Origin: a bacterium
GTDB lineage: Bacteria; UBA8248
Length of the DNA stretch: 64,000 bases
Direction of reading: 5' to 3'
Assembly: GCA_965213625.1 (NCBI GenBank)
Contig: CBDBZU010000004.1
Coordinates: 992,001 to 1,056,000, forward strand
A program made the translations under genes and the position numbers. The stretch's first letter is position 1. Every line of letters starts with the position of its first letter. A model generated the notes under the pieces. The model did no database searches. It had not been told where the DNA came from and was given only the letters and a program-made list of their open reading frames with translations. This document shows positions 20,858-30,866 of this stretch, in pieces.

Positions 20858-22234
20858 TCAAACCTTTTTCGGTAATGTGGAATGAAATGCCTGGCGCGCG
20901 ATGTCTCGCCCTGCCTTCAATGCCTGTGTGTTATCGATTTCCCAATGAACGCCGCCGTAGATGCGGCTCATCCCGTTTTCTTCCGCCATGTGGGTGAGGC
21001 TGCGCCAGTGCCTGGTGACGCCCCTCAGTTGCGGCCACAACACCTGATCGGGCGAGCGGCCCGAGAATGAAACGTCGTCGCGGCCATGAATCAGCGCGAT
21101 CAACTCGGCGGCGGCGCCGCCGAACGTGGAATGTCCCGAAGTGTAGGAGGGAAATTCCGGGGTCGGAATGTAGCTGCGCCAGCCGGCTTGCCGCTTCACG
21201 CGCGGGTCGGGGTTGCCGAATTTGGGCGCGCGCATGCGAATGGCCGTTTCCGGGCGGAGGACGTCGTAATGATATTTGTTGTCCCACGCGCAAATGGAGG
21301 CGTCGCACTGCGTCATGCCGACCAGGGCGAGGGCGCGCGCGAGTTCGATGAAGCCGAGATCGCGATCCTGCAAGATCTGCATGGCGATATAGATCATGTG
21401 CCCGGGCTGGGTGATGCCCCAGGGGCCGTCTTCCCAGAAGAGCGCAATCTCCGCCTCCTCGGGGGTCCGGATGGTGCTGTCCATTCCCCCGATGCGGCGG
21501 ATGCGGTCGAATTCTTCGGCGAACTCGGGGCTGGCCGGATTGTGGAAACCAGAGACGCGAAACTGTGAGCCGCTTTTCATCGTCCAGGGCTTGATCCGTC
21601 CTTGTCCCGGATACAGACCGCGATCGAAAGAGGCGAACGCCGGCCCCGGTTTCGCGCCATAGAACGGGCCGGTGGGGCGCCACCGCAAAGAGTCCTTGCG
21701 CCGCTCGTAGCGGCCCAGATAATAGTTGGTCTCGCTGGGTTCGGCGCCGTCGTTCGTCCGTATCGAGAGCACCTTGTCGGCGGCCGCGCGACCCCACTTT
21801 ACACCGAGGTCTTTCGCCTCACTTCCGGGGAAGCGATTCAAAAACGCCATGCGCTCCAAGAGAAAGGGCTGCTGGAACGCTTCCGCCGCCGCGTGGGCGA
21901 AGGCCACGCCGTAGGCGACTTCCGGGTCCGCACCGCGCGGACCGGACCCGACGCCGAAAGGCTCCTCGTAAGCTTGGAGAATCCCGTTCGCGGCGAGAAA
22001 GCCGGCGGCCAGGGGCAGGCTGCAGCAATATGCCGCCAGGGGCGCGGTGGCCCTTTGGTCGCGCACCTGTTGCAGGGCCTCATCCACCCAGCGAAAGACG
22101 GTGTTCCGGTTTTTGGGTTTGATGATCTGGCTCGTGTAGGAGGTTTTGTTGCCTTGGGGACCGGCGCACCCGGTCGCGAGTAGTGCGGAGGCTGCTGTGG
22201 TGCTCTTCAAAAACTGCCTTCTCGTGTAGTTCAT
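20858..22234 (-). CDS. Vanadium-dependent haloperoxidase (PAP2 superfamily), Tat-exported lipoprotein
   Basis: Tat motif TRRQFLK plus lipobox LATGC; vanadate/phosphate-binding motifs KYHYDVLRP, PEFPSYTSGHS, SRIYGGVHW. Confidence 0.88.
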   Translation of the reverse strand: MNYTRRQFLKSTTAASALLATGCAGPQGNKTSYTSQIIKPKNRNTVFRWVDEALQQVRDQRATAPLAAYCCSLPLAAGFLAANGILQAYEEPFGVGSGPRGADPEVAYGVAFAHAAAEAFQQPFLLERMAFLNRFPGSEAKDLGVKWGRAAADKVLSIRTNDGAEPSETNYYLGRYERRKDSLRWRPTGPFYGAKPGPAFASFDRGLYPGQGRIKPWTMKSGSQFRVSGFHNPASPEFAEEFDRIRRIGGMDSTIRTPEEAEIALFWEDGPWGITQPGHMIYIAMQILQDRDLGFIELARALALVGMTQCDASICAWDNKYHYDVLRPETAIRMRAPKFGNPDPRVKRQAGWRSYIPTPEFPSYTSGHSTFGGAAAELIALIHGRDDVSFSGRSPDQVLWPQLRGVTRHWRSLTHMAEENGMSRIYGGVHWEIDNTQALKAGRDIARQAFHSTLPKKV

Positions 22235-22760
22235 TGCTCGGATCCTTTCTATGAATGCAATGAATGAAAACCGTTCCCGGACCCGTTCGACGTGATTCCA
22301 GAGCCAAGAAGTCGCGCCTCGAGCGTAATCGCGCACTTCGCCATCCTCACGCACGCTTCCGGACAGGCGGATAGACGCAATGGCGTCGCGGCGCTCTTGG
22401 GTGGACTTCTTTGTTCTGGAAAAAAGGACGAACAGGTAGGGACTTACCTTTCCGTATTTCCCTTAACTTAACTTTCTATTTCCTGGTACACCAACCTTTC
22501 TTAACTACCCCATGGAACCAAATTTCAAGACGGTACAAAATCCAAAGCCATACGAGTGGAAATAGACAAGACCTTCCAGTTGTTACTCGCAGAATCGCCC
22601 CCTCGCAGGCGATGCAGGAGATGTTGGAAAATCATTTCCTAAGCTGATGGCTCGGGACATATCTCATAGCCCCAAAACCGAGTCAAGCATGAAAGCAGGT
22701 GAACCGTCGTCTTGCCGATTTTTCATGGCGTCCCAAATAGGGGAGGAAATGCGCTCTCTC

Positions 22761-24068
22761 CTACCTCGGTTCCAGGCCGTGTCTACGCATGTATGCCTGC
22801 AGCCAGAGCGCGAGGGCTAACGAGACGAACATGAAGGCGATGATGGTGGCGAAAGGAATGAAGTAGCTCTTCGTGTAGTCGAACATGAAGCCCGCGAATG
22901 GAGCGCCGACGACCCCTCCCAGCCCATAGAAGATCTCCATGAAGCCGATGATGACGCCGTAGGTACGTCCCCCGAAGCAATCCCCCGCCAGGGCGGAATA
23001 GCACGCGCTCATGGCGCCGATGCCGATGCCGTACACGAGCGCGAAGGCGTAGCCCGGCAGAATGCCCCCGCCGAAGTAAGGGATGAGGATGAGGAGCGTG
23101 AGGCCCGCAGCCACTACCACGGCTGCAAGCGCTACCCCGCGCCCGCGCCCGATGAGGTCCCCCACCCATCCACCGCCGATGCTTCCGAACGTTCGGATGA
23201 AGCCGACGGAGCCGAAGATGATCGCGGCAAGGGCGGTGCCGTATCCCACGTCGACGAGATAGAGCTGCAACTGGCTCATGATGGTGTTGTTGTTCAGCCC
23301 GATTGCGAAGACCATCAGCAGGAGGCACCAAAAGCGGATGTCACGCTTCACGACGGAAAAGACCTCCCACACGCCCTTGCCCTCGCCGCCGTGGCCGACG
23401 CCCGCTCTCGCCAGCTCCTCGGGGGTGCGGGGCGGGTCGCCGTCCGGCCCCTGCCCGACGTCTTCGGGCACATCGCGCAGTAGCAGAAATGCAGTTGGCG
23501 CGACGACGCACAGCACGACGAGGCCGTAAATCACGTACGTGTAGCGCCAGCCGACCGAGGCGATGAGCCGCTCGATCAGGGGCGCCAGGAGGAGGATGCC
23601 GATTCCGATGCCCGAGAGTGCGATCCCCGTGGCGCGGCCACGTTTTCTGATGAACCAGCGCGGCATGATGGCGCTGTGCGTGGAGAAACCACTCAGCGAG
23701 AGACCGAAGCCGGCGAAAAGCCCGAAGAGGATGTAAAGATGCCAGAGTGAGGAGACGAAGTAACACGCGATGAACGTGAGGCCCAGTATCACCGAACCCC
23801 ATGGCAGAATGGCGCGCGGGCCTTTTTTCTCCAAAAGCGAGCCGGCAAATGGTGCGCCGATGGCGTAGGTAGCCATGGATAGCGAGAACGCCCCGCTCAG
23901 AAGGCCCCGACTCCAGCCGAACTCCTCGAGCAGGGGAACCTGGAAGATGCCGAAGGAAAACCGCGTGACGACGTGGAACGCCAGCGTGGCGAAAGAGAGC
24001 CAGACGATGAGCCAGCCGTAGTAGAACCTGGGCTTGTTGGCGGGGCTGCTACCTTGGGACCTGGACAT
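22761..24068 (-). CDS. MFS transporter
   Basis: About 12 TM segments, FYYGW, motif A variants GSLLEKKGPR and GWVGDLIGRG, RWF..KRGRATG. Confidence 0.93.
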   Translation of the reverse strand: MSRSQGSSPANKPRFYYGWLIVWLSFATLAFHVVTRFSFGIFQVPLLEEFGWSRGLLSGAFSLSMATYAIGAPFAGSLLEKKGPRAILPWGSVILGLTFIACYFVSSLWHLYILFGLFAGFGLSLSGFSTHSAIMPRWFIRKRGRATGIALSGIGIGILLLAPLIERLIASVGWRYTYVIYGLVVLCVVAPTAFLLLRDVPEDVGQGPDGDPPRTPEELARAGVGHGGEGKGVWEVFSVVKRDIRFWCLLLMVFAIGLNNNTIMSQLQLYLVDVGYGTALAAIIFGSVGFIRTFGSIGGGWVGDLIGRGRGVALAAVVVAAGLTLLILIPYFGGGILPGYAFALVYGIGIGAMSACYSALAGDCFGGRTYGVIIGFMEIFYGLGGVVGAPFAGFMFDYTKSYFIPFATIIAFMFVSLALALWLQAYMRRHGLEPR

Positions 24069-24147
24069 TCGCTTCCTTATTGTTGCGACGAATCACGAAA
24101 TTTGAGGGGAGTATACATCCCGTCCTCGTTCCGGGCGAAGCGATGCA

Positions 24148-25050
24148 TCAATCTTCCCCAAAACACATCGCCGTCTGAAAATGGATGTCTACGGTATCCG
24201 CAGGGTTCTGGGCGTATCCGCCGCCCAGGGTCCCTGCCACGGGAATTCCGTGCGCACGGCATTGTTCGAGGACGTACGCATCGCGCCGTTTCAAGCCTTC
24301 CTTCGATAGCTTGAGCGTTCCGAGTTGATCCCCCGCATAGGGGTCCGCCCCCGCTTGATACATCACCAAGTCGGGCTTGTGCTCATCGAGTATCTTCGGG
24401 ATATGTTTTTCCAGGTGCGGAAGGTATTCATCCTCCGTCGCGAGGTCGTAGAGGCCGATATCCAAATCGCTTCTTTTCTTCTGCGGGTAGATGTTCTCCT
24501 GATGGATAGAGAATGTGAACACCGACTCCTCGCGCCTGAAGATGACGGCGGTGCCGTTTCCCTGGTGCAGGTCGCAATCGATCACGGCGGCTCTTTTGAT
24601 GGCGCCCTCATTGATGAGTACGCGCACGGCGACCGCCAGGTCGTTCACGTAGCAAAACCCTTCGGCCTGATCGGCGAAGGCATGATGGAAGCCGCCCGTG
24701 AGGTTCAGGGCGCGGCCTCTCTGAATCGCCTCGCGCGCGGCGAGAATCGTGCCGCCCGTCGCCAGAAAGCTCGCATCCACGATCTGCTTGCTGATGGGGA
24801 GCTCGCTCGGCGCCGTGCGTGCGGTGTGAACGCTAGAGCGCAGATCCGCCAGATATTCCTGCGTGTGAACGAGGGCCAGCTCCTCATCCGTCGCGGCGCG
24901 GGGCGCCAGAAAAGCGGCATCGGGAAGACCGGCCTCTCTCAGTCTGGCGTGGGTTTTCTGGTATTTTTCGGCTTGCAGGACGTGCTGGCCGATGTAGGCG
25001 TAATAACCTTCGTGAAAGATGAAAACGCAGTGCTCAGGAGGCGCTCTCAT
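24148..25050 (-). CDS. Histone deacetylase family amidohydrolase
   Basis: GGFHHAF..AEGFCYVND, IDCDLHQGNGT, FTFSIH, YQAGADP..GD.LG, GGGY. Confidence 0.95.
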   Translation of the reverse strand: MRAPPEHCVFIFHEGYYAYIGQHVLQAEKYQKTHARLREAGLPDAAFLAPRAATDEELALVHTQEYLADLRSSVHTARTAPSELPISKQIVDASFLATGGTILAAREAIQRGRALNLTGGFHHAFADQAEGFCYVNDLAVAVRVLINEGAIKRAAVIDCDLHQGNGTAVIFRREESVFTFSIHQENIYPQKKRSDLDIGLYDLATEDEYLPHLEKHIPKILDEHKPDLVMYQAGADPYAGDQLGTLKLSKEGLKRRDAYVLEQCRAHGIPVAGTLGGGYAQNPADTVDIHFQTAMCFGED

Positions 25051-25058
25051 CGCGGGGG

Positions 25059-26258
25059 CTAGACGATTCCCTTGTCTCTTAAGCCGGATATGGTCGCGCT
25101 GTCGTAGCCGATTCCTTCGAGCACCTCGTCGGTATGCTTGCCCATGGGAGGCCCCGCCCAGCGGATTGTGCCCGGCGAGCCGTTGAGCCTCGGGATCACG
25201 TTTTGCATCTTGATGGGGCCGAGCTCCTCATCCTCCACGGTGGTGATGGTCTCGCGCGCTTGAACGTGGGGGTCCGCCATGAACTGGGCCACGTCGTAAA
25301 TGGGCCCCAGGGCGCATTCGTGTTTTTCGAAATGAGCAATCGTCTCATCGAGCGTGTGCTCGCTTATCCAGGCCTGGATGGCGCCGTCGAGTTCGCCCAT
25401 GTTCTCCACCCGGCCCGCCTGGGTCACCATCCTGGGGTCGTCGCCGAGATCCTCACGCCCCACGGCGCGCATGACGCGCTTGAAGATGTTCTCCGCACTT
25501 GCGGATATCACGACGTAGCGCCCGTCCTTGCAGCGGTAGGCGTTCCTCGGCGCGGCGAAGGGGATGGCGTTTCCGGTGCGCATCTGGACGTAACCGAGCT
25601 GGTCGTATTCGAGCGGCTGGGGTCCCAGCACCATGGTGATGGGTTCGTAGATGGCGATGTCGATCTCCTGTCCCGGCGCGTCGTGGACGTCCCGGTGGTA
25701 GAGCGCCATCATCACGGCGTAGGTGCCGCACAGCGCGCTGATGCCGTCGGCCAGGGCGAAGGGCGGCAGCGTGGGCGGCCCGTCGGGGAAGCCCGTGATG
25801 TGCGCGAAGCCGCTCATCGCCTCGGCCAGCGTGCCGAAGCCGGGCCTTTGCGCGTAGGGGCCTTTTTGCCCGAAGCCGCTCGTCCGCGCCAAGATGAGCT
25901 TGGGGTTCAAGGCGTGGAGGCTCTCCCAGGAAAAGCCCCATCGCTCCATCGTGCCGGGGCGGAAGTTCTCCACCAAGACGTCGGCGCTCTCGCACAGCTT
26001 GCGGACAATCTCCTGCCCCTCGGGCGAAGAGATGTTGCAAGTGATGGATTTCTTGTTCCGGCTCGCGAGCTTCCACCACAGCGAGACGCCGTCTTTCTGG
26101 GAGGCGAAGTTTCGGAGAGAGTCGCCGCGCGGGTGTTCGATCTTGATCACCTCGGCTCCGAAATCCGCCATGTAGGTGGCTATCCAGGGGCCGGCGAACA
26201 GGGTTCCGATGTCGATGACCCGCACGCCCTCGAGGGGCATTTTTTTTGTTTCGCTCAT
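25059..26258 (-). CDS. CaiB/BaiF class III CoA-transferase
   Basis: PLEGVRVID, AGP, DFGAEVIKIE, RNKKS, VENFRPG, SGFGQ.GP, RPGFGTLAEAMSG. Confidence 0.95.
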   Translation of the reverse strand: MSETKKMPLEGVRVIDIGTLFAGPWIATYMADFGAEVIKIEHPRGDSLRNFASQKDGVSLWWKLASRNKKSITCNISSPEGQEIVRKLCESADVLVENFRPGTMERWGFSWESLHALNPKLILARTSGFGQKGPYAQRPGFGTLAEAMSGFAHITGFPDGPPTLPPFALADGISALCGTYAVMMALYHRDVHDAPGQEIDIAIYEPITMVLGPQPLEYDQLGYVQMRTGNAIPFAAPRNAYRCKDGRYVVISASAENIFKRVMRAVGREDLGDDPRMVTQAGRVENMGELDGAIQAWISEHTLDETIAHFEKHECALGPIYDVAQFMADPHVQARETITTVEDEELGPIKMQNVIPRLNGSPGTIRWAGPPMGKHTDEVLEGIGYDSATISGLRDKGIV

Positions 26259-26467
26259 GGAATCGGCGCATCCTCAGGATTAGGAGCCAATGTATCACGG
26301 CCCCGGATGGGTCACGAAGTACGTTTCGCGGGACGCCCCGATGGTAGCAAAGCGCGGATGCGCCAGCAACGATTCGGGCGGATTCACGCCCCATGCCGAC
26401 TGGCCGTTCGGCGGGAGATCGATTCCAATCGGGCAGGGTTGTCTTCTTTCTTGCAGGGTCCGTATAC

Positions 26468-26486
26468 GGGGTTGTTGAAAATGCCC
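26468..26486 (+). mobile_element. IS1182-type terminal inverted repeat remnant
   Basis: GGGGTTGTTGAAAATGCCC, 17/19 identical to the right end of the IS1182 at 53935-55454. The partner end is only weak (26522-26538). Confidence 0.5.
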
Positions 26487-26559
26487 GACGAGGGAGGGTT
26501 CGACCCCACCGGCGCGGCGGCGAGCTTCACAGAACCCCAGACGCCCAAGAGCCCCTAAC

Positions 26560-26671
26560 CCTCAACCTGAGTAGGCGCGTGAGCGCCGTATCGAAGGATG
26601 GGGGGCGCATCTATCCGGTGGGTGCTGACTTCGCCCTTCGATACGCGGCTTCGCCGCTACTCAGGGTGAGG
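26560..26671. repeat. Inverted repeat pair, each arm with an internal hairpin (MITE/REP-like)
   Basis: CCTCAACCTGAGTAG-gcgcgtgagcgc-CGTATCGAAGG versus reverse complement CCTCACCCTGAGTAG-cggcgaagccg-CGTATCGAAGG. Confidence 0.75.
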
Positions 26672-26858
26672 TGGAGCGGTGGGCTGCGCAGGACGGGGAG
26701 GAGAGGGCGAGGGGAGTGTTTTCGAGCCAAGGGACATGAGGCTCGCTGACGCGAAACTTTCTTTTTGCATGGACTTATCTCTCCCATGTTGGGATAATCC
26801 AGATTCCTGAAACGGCCCTTTTTTGCTTTTCGGGTCTTGCCGCATTCGGAGGTTTCGC

Positions 26859-27992
26859 ATGAAGTCTATTTTCATCGCCTTGTTGTTCGCGTTGTTGTTT
26901 CTGGCCCCCGCGCACCTGGGTGCGCCTTCACGCACGCCCGAAGGCATGGGCATGGTGATTCAAGAAGCCGAGGCGAGGCGCTTCGGCGGATTCCGCTCCT
27001 TCGGGTTCCGCGGCTCGCGCGGGTTCGGCAGCTTCGGGCGCAGGGGCTTCTCCAGGCGCTCGTTCGGATCGCGTCCCCGCGCCCGCGGTTTTACGCGAAG
27101 ACCGTTCCAGAGGCGCTCGTTCCTGGGTGGGGGCTTAGGCTCGGGCCTGTTCGCCGGCATCGGCGGGTTTCTGCTGGGCGGGATGATTGGACGCATGCTC
27201 TTCGGCGGGATGGGCGGCATGGGAATGGGAGGCGGATTCGGAATTCTGGAAATTCTCCTTATCGGCGGCATCATCTTCTTCATCTTCCGGATGATGAGAA
27301 ACCGCACCGCCGCCGCTTCCCAGGAGCCGCGCTATTCGGGAGAGCGCTACGCCGAGGCCGACCCCTACGGCGTGGGGGGATATGAGGAGGAGCCGCACGA
27401 CAGGTACGAAGAACCCCGCAGGCAGGAGAGGTCAGGCGGCGTATACCGCGGCCCGGATATCGGTTCGGCCGGCGGTTCGACCCGTTCGGCAAGAGGTTCG
27501 AGCGGTGGCCCGGCCCCCGGGGATCGGGCCACCCACCGTGATTCCGCGAGTGATGCGGCGCTTCGGAAAATGAGCGAGAGCGACGCTTCTTTTTCGGAAC
27601 AAGCCTTCGTCGGCCTGGCGAAGGAGAACTTCATCCGATTCCAGAACGCCTGGACGGCGCGCGATCTGGGTCCCGTCCGTGACCTGATGGACAAGGAGAT
27701 TTACACCGAGGTCGAGCGGGACCTCGAAGGCCTTAAGAGCGAGGGGAAGATCAACAAGCTCGACGACGTGGACATCAAAAGCGCCGAGATTGTCGAGGCC
27801 TGGAACGAAGAGGGTTATGATTTCATCACCTTGCGCTATGAGGCGAGCCTTTGCGATTACGTGGTGGACGAGCGAAGCGGGAATATCGTCGAGGGCAGCC
27901 GTACGGAGCGGGTGAATTTCTCGGAACACTGGACGTGGGTGCGGCCCGAGGGGCCGAACCAGTGGTTCTTATCCGCCATCGAGCAGGCGTGA
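26859..27992 (+). CDS. Tim44/TimA-like domain membrane protein
   Basis: AEARRFGG start, Gly/Arg-rich region, TM GGFLLGGMIGRMLFGG, C-terminal F...AK..F...Q.AW, F.E.WTW.R..W.LSAIEQ. Confidence 0.88.
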   Translation: MKSIFIALLFALLFLAPAHLGAPSRTPEGMGMVIQEAEARRFGGFRSFGFRGSRGFGSFGRRGFSRRSFGSRPRARGFTRRPFQRRSFLGGGLGSGLFAGIGGFLLGGMIGRMLFGGMGGMGMGGGFGILEILLIGGIIFFIFRMMRNRTAAASQEPRYSGERYAEADPYGVGGYEEEPHDRYEEPRRQERSGGVYRGPDIGSAGGSTRSARGSSGGPAPGDRATHRDSASDAALRKMSESDASFSEQAFVGLAKENFIRFQNAWTARDLGPVRDLMDKEIYTEVERDLEGLKSEGKINKLDDVDIKSAEIVEAWNEEGYDFITLRYEASLCDYVVDERSGNIVEGSRTERVNFSEHWTWVRPEGPNQWFLSAIEQA

Positions 27993-28005
27993 TACCTGGA
28001 AAATC

Positions 28006-28371
28006 TTAAGGAGCGGACACCTTGTCCGAATCGGGGGCGGGGACTTCCTCGTCTTCTTCGCCGTAGCGCCTGCCGCCTTCCCAATCCTTGAGCGACCACC
28101 AGAAGTAGATGATGCTGCCCATGATAGCCGTCATGACGAGGGCGAATCCCACCAGAAAATACTGCGGTAGCGCGGAGCGGTAGGCGACGGGCGGAGCGTT
28201 TGCGCCCGGTGCGGCTCCGGTGGTTTGCGCGGGTGGGGCCATTTTCGCCTGGATAATGGCTTGTTCGGCCTGAAATGCCGTGTAGCCCCAGTAGATCATC
28301 CCGCCCACGAGCGCGAGAATGAGGACGGTGCAGACGGGCCATTTGAGGCCGGTTTTTTTCGTCTCGCTCAA
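28006..28371 (-). CDS. Hypothetical two-TM membrane protein
   Basis: Two hydrophobic helices; start overlaps the stop of the upstream LLM gene. Confidence 0.65.
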   Translation of the reverse strand: MSETKKTGLKWPVCTVLILALVGGMIYWGYTAFQAEQAIIQAKMAPPAQTTGAAPGANAPPVAYRSALPQYFLVGFALVMTAIMGSIIYFWWSLKDWEGGRRYGEEDEEVPAPDSDKVSAP

Positions 28372-29318
28372 TTTCTCACCTCGGGTATCACCTCTTCCGC
28401 CAGAAGCGCCATCTGGTCCATTTCTTCATCCGCCGGGCCTGCGTGCTTGAAGATGAAGTGCGTTGCGCCCGCCTCCTGGAACTCCGCTATCTGCTCCAGG
28501 CAACGCTCGCGCGGCCCATAGAATAAATACTTTTGGGCGATGCCGTCAAAATCCATGTTGTAGCGTCTGGAGAGATTCTTGATGCCCTCGCGCAGGGCGT
28601 GTTCCGCATCCTCGTGAACATAGATGAACGCATGGTGCGCGGGCGTCCACGCGCCTCCTTCGATATCGAGAGACCTTCCCGCTTCTTCCGCCCATTGCTT
28701 CATGTCTTCCAGTCCCTTGGCGAAGCGGGGCGCGGAGAACATATAGGAGACGTAGCCCTCACACCTGAGCGCCGCTCTTTTACGGGCGGCGTCGCTGCGT
28801 CCCCCGACCCAGATGGGGGGGCCGCCGGGCGTGGACGGGGCCGGCGTCTGGCGCGCGTCCGTAAAACGCCAGAAACGCCCCTCGTGGCTCACCGCTTCGC
28901 CGCTCCAGAGTTTTCGCACGATTTCGATGGACTCATCCGTCCTTGCGCCGCGCTCTTTTACGGGCACGCCGCAAAGCTCGAACTCGGTTTTTCCCTCGCC
29001 CCCTACGCCGACGCCGAAGACGAAGCGTCCCCCACCCGTGAGGTAATCCACAGTGGCGGCGGTCTTGGCGGCGATGGCGGGTCTCCTGAGCGGCAGGAGG
29101 TAGACGCCCACCCCCAGCGTGATGCGGCTGGTGCGCGCCGCGAAGGCGGCCAGCGTTGTGAGGCTCTCGGTGTAATGGCCGTGAAAGGAAATGTGATCGC
29201 CGATCCACAGAGAATCGTAGCCCAGGGCTTCGGCGCTCTCGACGAACGTGTACAATTCATCCGGCGTAAAAATGCGCTCGGGGTGCATGCCGAAGCTGAT
29301 GCCGAATTTCGTTTTCAT
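28368..29318 (-). CDS. LLM-class flavin/F420-dependent oxidoreductase (luciferase-like)
   Basis: AEALGYDSLWIGDH, T.RITLG.GV..LPLR.P, GRFVFGVGVG, PIWVGG.S.AA..RAA. Confidence 0.92.
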   Translation of the reverse strand: MKTKFGISFGMHPERIFTPDELYTFVESAEALGYDSLWIGDHISFHGHYTESLTTLAAFAARTSRITLGVGVYLLPLRRPAIAAKTAATVDYLTGGGRFVFGVGVGGEGKTEFELCGVPVKERGARTDESIEIVRKLWSGEAVSHEGRFWRFTDARQTPAPSTPGGPPIWVGGRSDAARKRAALRCEGYVSYMFSAPRFAKGLEDMKQWAEEAGRSLDIEGGAWTPAHHAFIYVHEDAEHALREGIKNLSRRYNMDFDGIAQKYLFYGPRERCLEQIAEFQEAGATHFIFKHAGPADEEMDQMALLAEEVIPEVRN

Positions 29319-29470
29319 CCCTGGTTTTCCTCGTTCACGATTTTAAATTCCGCCCCTGTGGATAATGTTGAGGAAACTAGAGCACCCGCCCACGGGGGTC
29401 AACTCGCCCGGGCGAAACACCGGAATGTGAGCAGAAACATTCAAATCCATCGCATCGGCCCGATCGTGTT

Positions 29471-29499
29471 TTGACACACCTCTCGGGCGACTTTAATAT
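29471..29499 (+). promoter_or_regulatory. Sigma70-type promoter
   Basis: TTGACA-N17-TAATAT upstream of the DUF1015 gene. Confidence 0.6.
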
Positions 29500-29542
29500 C
29501 CCCTCGCCGCTGTTCTCATCGTTTTCTTGAAAGGGGTATTTC

Positions 29543-30856
29543 GTGGTTCAGGTTCGGGCGTTTCGCGCGCTGAGATATTCGAATATCGCACCGGAAGAAA
29601 TGGGAGATGTCTCCTCCCCGCCTTATGATGTCTTTACCTCCGAGATCAGGCGTTCGTTTTACGAGCGTCACCCGCTGAACATCGTGCGGCTGATTCAGGG
29701 CGAAATCCTGAAGGGTGAGGATGGAGACGCGGGCCGCGTGGGGCGCGCGGTCGATTATCTCAAGAACTGGCGCGCGAACGGGGAGATGACCCTGGACGAT
29801 ACGCCCGCGCTCTATCCCTACCGCCAGCGTTTCGCGCTGCCCGACGGGACGCGTCTGGAGCGGAATGCGTTTTTCGCGGCGGTGAAGCTCGAACCCTACG
29901 GCGCGGGCGAAATCCACCCCCACGAGCAGACCTTCCCCAAGCCCAAGGGTTATCTGTTTGATCTTTGGGGGAGGAGCGGCGCGCATCTCGGGCCGATTTT
30001 CAGCTTTTACGACGAACCCAACGAAACGGCGAACAACGCCTTAAAGAACGCGGAGAAGGGCGCTCCCATCGCTGATTTCGAGGACGACGGCGTGCGCCAC
30101 ACGCTGTGGCGGTGCGATGATCCAGAAGTTATCGCTATCGCGCAGGAATCGCTTCTTGGGAAAGAGGCGTTCATCGCCGACGGCCACCACCGCTATGAGA
30201 CGTCCCTGGACTTGAGAGACGCCGCCCGCGCGAATGGCGCTGCCTTAGGGGGCGAGGCGGACTTCACGCTCATGTGCCTGGCCAACATTGCGGACCCGGG
30301 CATGGTGATTCTGCCCACCTACAGGCTGCTCAAGAAGGTATCCGCCACGACCGAAGAAGCGCTCGCCGCGCTGGCCGGGAAATACGATGTCCTGGAAGAG
30401 ACGGCGCCCGAGGCGGGCGCCTGCGGCCGGGTGGCCGAGCGGCTGTCGGCATTATCCGGAGCGAACGGCGGGGCCAGCGTGTTCTGTCTCTATGACGGCG
30501 GCGCGAACGTCCGCTATCTCATCGGCAGACACGGCGCGGCAGCCGCCTCCGTGGAAGAAGCCGTCGCCGCGCTCGATGTGAGCCGCCTCCATGCGGACAT
30601 CGTGGATGGCGCGTTCCAGGCCTCTCACGAGGAGGGGGATATCGCCTTCACGCCCGATCCGGAGATTGCGTTTTCCTGCGCCAGGAGCGGGGAGTGCGCG
30701 GTGGCCGTTTTGCTGAATCCCACGCCCCTCGAGTCGGTGTGCGAGATCGCCAAGGCGGGCGGGAAGATGCCGCACAAGTCCACCTATTTCTATCCCAAGA
30801 TACGCACCGGCTTGGTTGTTCACGCATACGCTCCCCCGGCAGGGGATACCTCCTGA
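29543..30856 (+). CDS. DUF1015 family protein
   Basis: FRALRY, PPYDV, PHEQT, IADGHHRYET, MPHKSTYFYPK..TGL. Confidence 0.92.
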   Translation: MVQVRAFRALRYSNIAPEEMGDVSSPPYDVFTSEIRRSFYERHPLNIVRLIQGEILKGEDGDAGRVGRAVDYLKNWRANGEMTLDDTPALYPYRQRFALPDGTRLERNAFFAAVKLEPYGAGEIHPHEQTFPKPKGYLFDLWGRSGAHLGPIFSFYDEPNETANNALKNAEKGAPIADFEDDGVRHTLWRCDDPEVIAIAQESLLGKEAFIADGHHRYETSLDLRDAARANGAALGGEADFTLMCLANIADPGMVILPTYRLLKKVSATTEEALAALAGKYDVLEETAPEAGACGRVAERLSALSGANGGASVFCLYDGGANVRYLIGRHGAAAASVEEAVAALDVSRLHADIVDGAFQASHEEGDIAFTPDPEIAFSCARSGECAVAVLLNPTPLESVCEIAKAGGKMPHKSTYFYPKIRTGLVVHAYAPPAGDTS

Positions 30857-30866
30857 CGCTTGCGGT

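Noticed and set aside
22235-22354. 40-aa N-terminal extension of the haloperoxidase in the ORF track
   Set aside because: The Tat signal must be N-terminal; ATG 22234 has an AAGGA RBS.
22360-22755. AT-richer intergenic stretch and 78-aa ORF upstream of the haloperoxidase
   Set aside because: No convincing coding signal, repeat or RNA motif could be supported by eye; probably promoter DNA.
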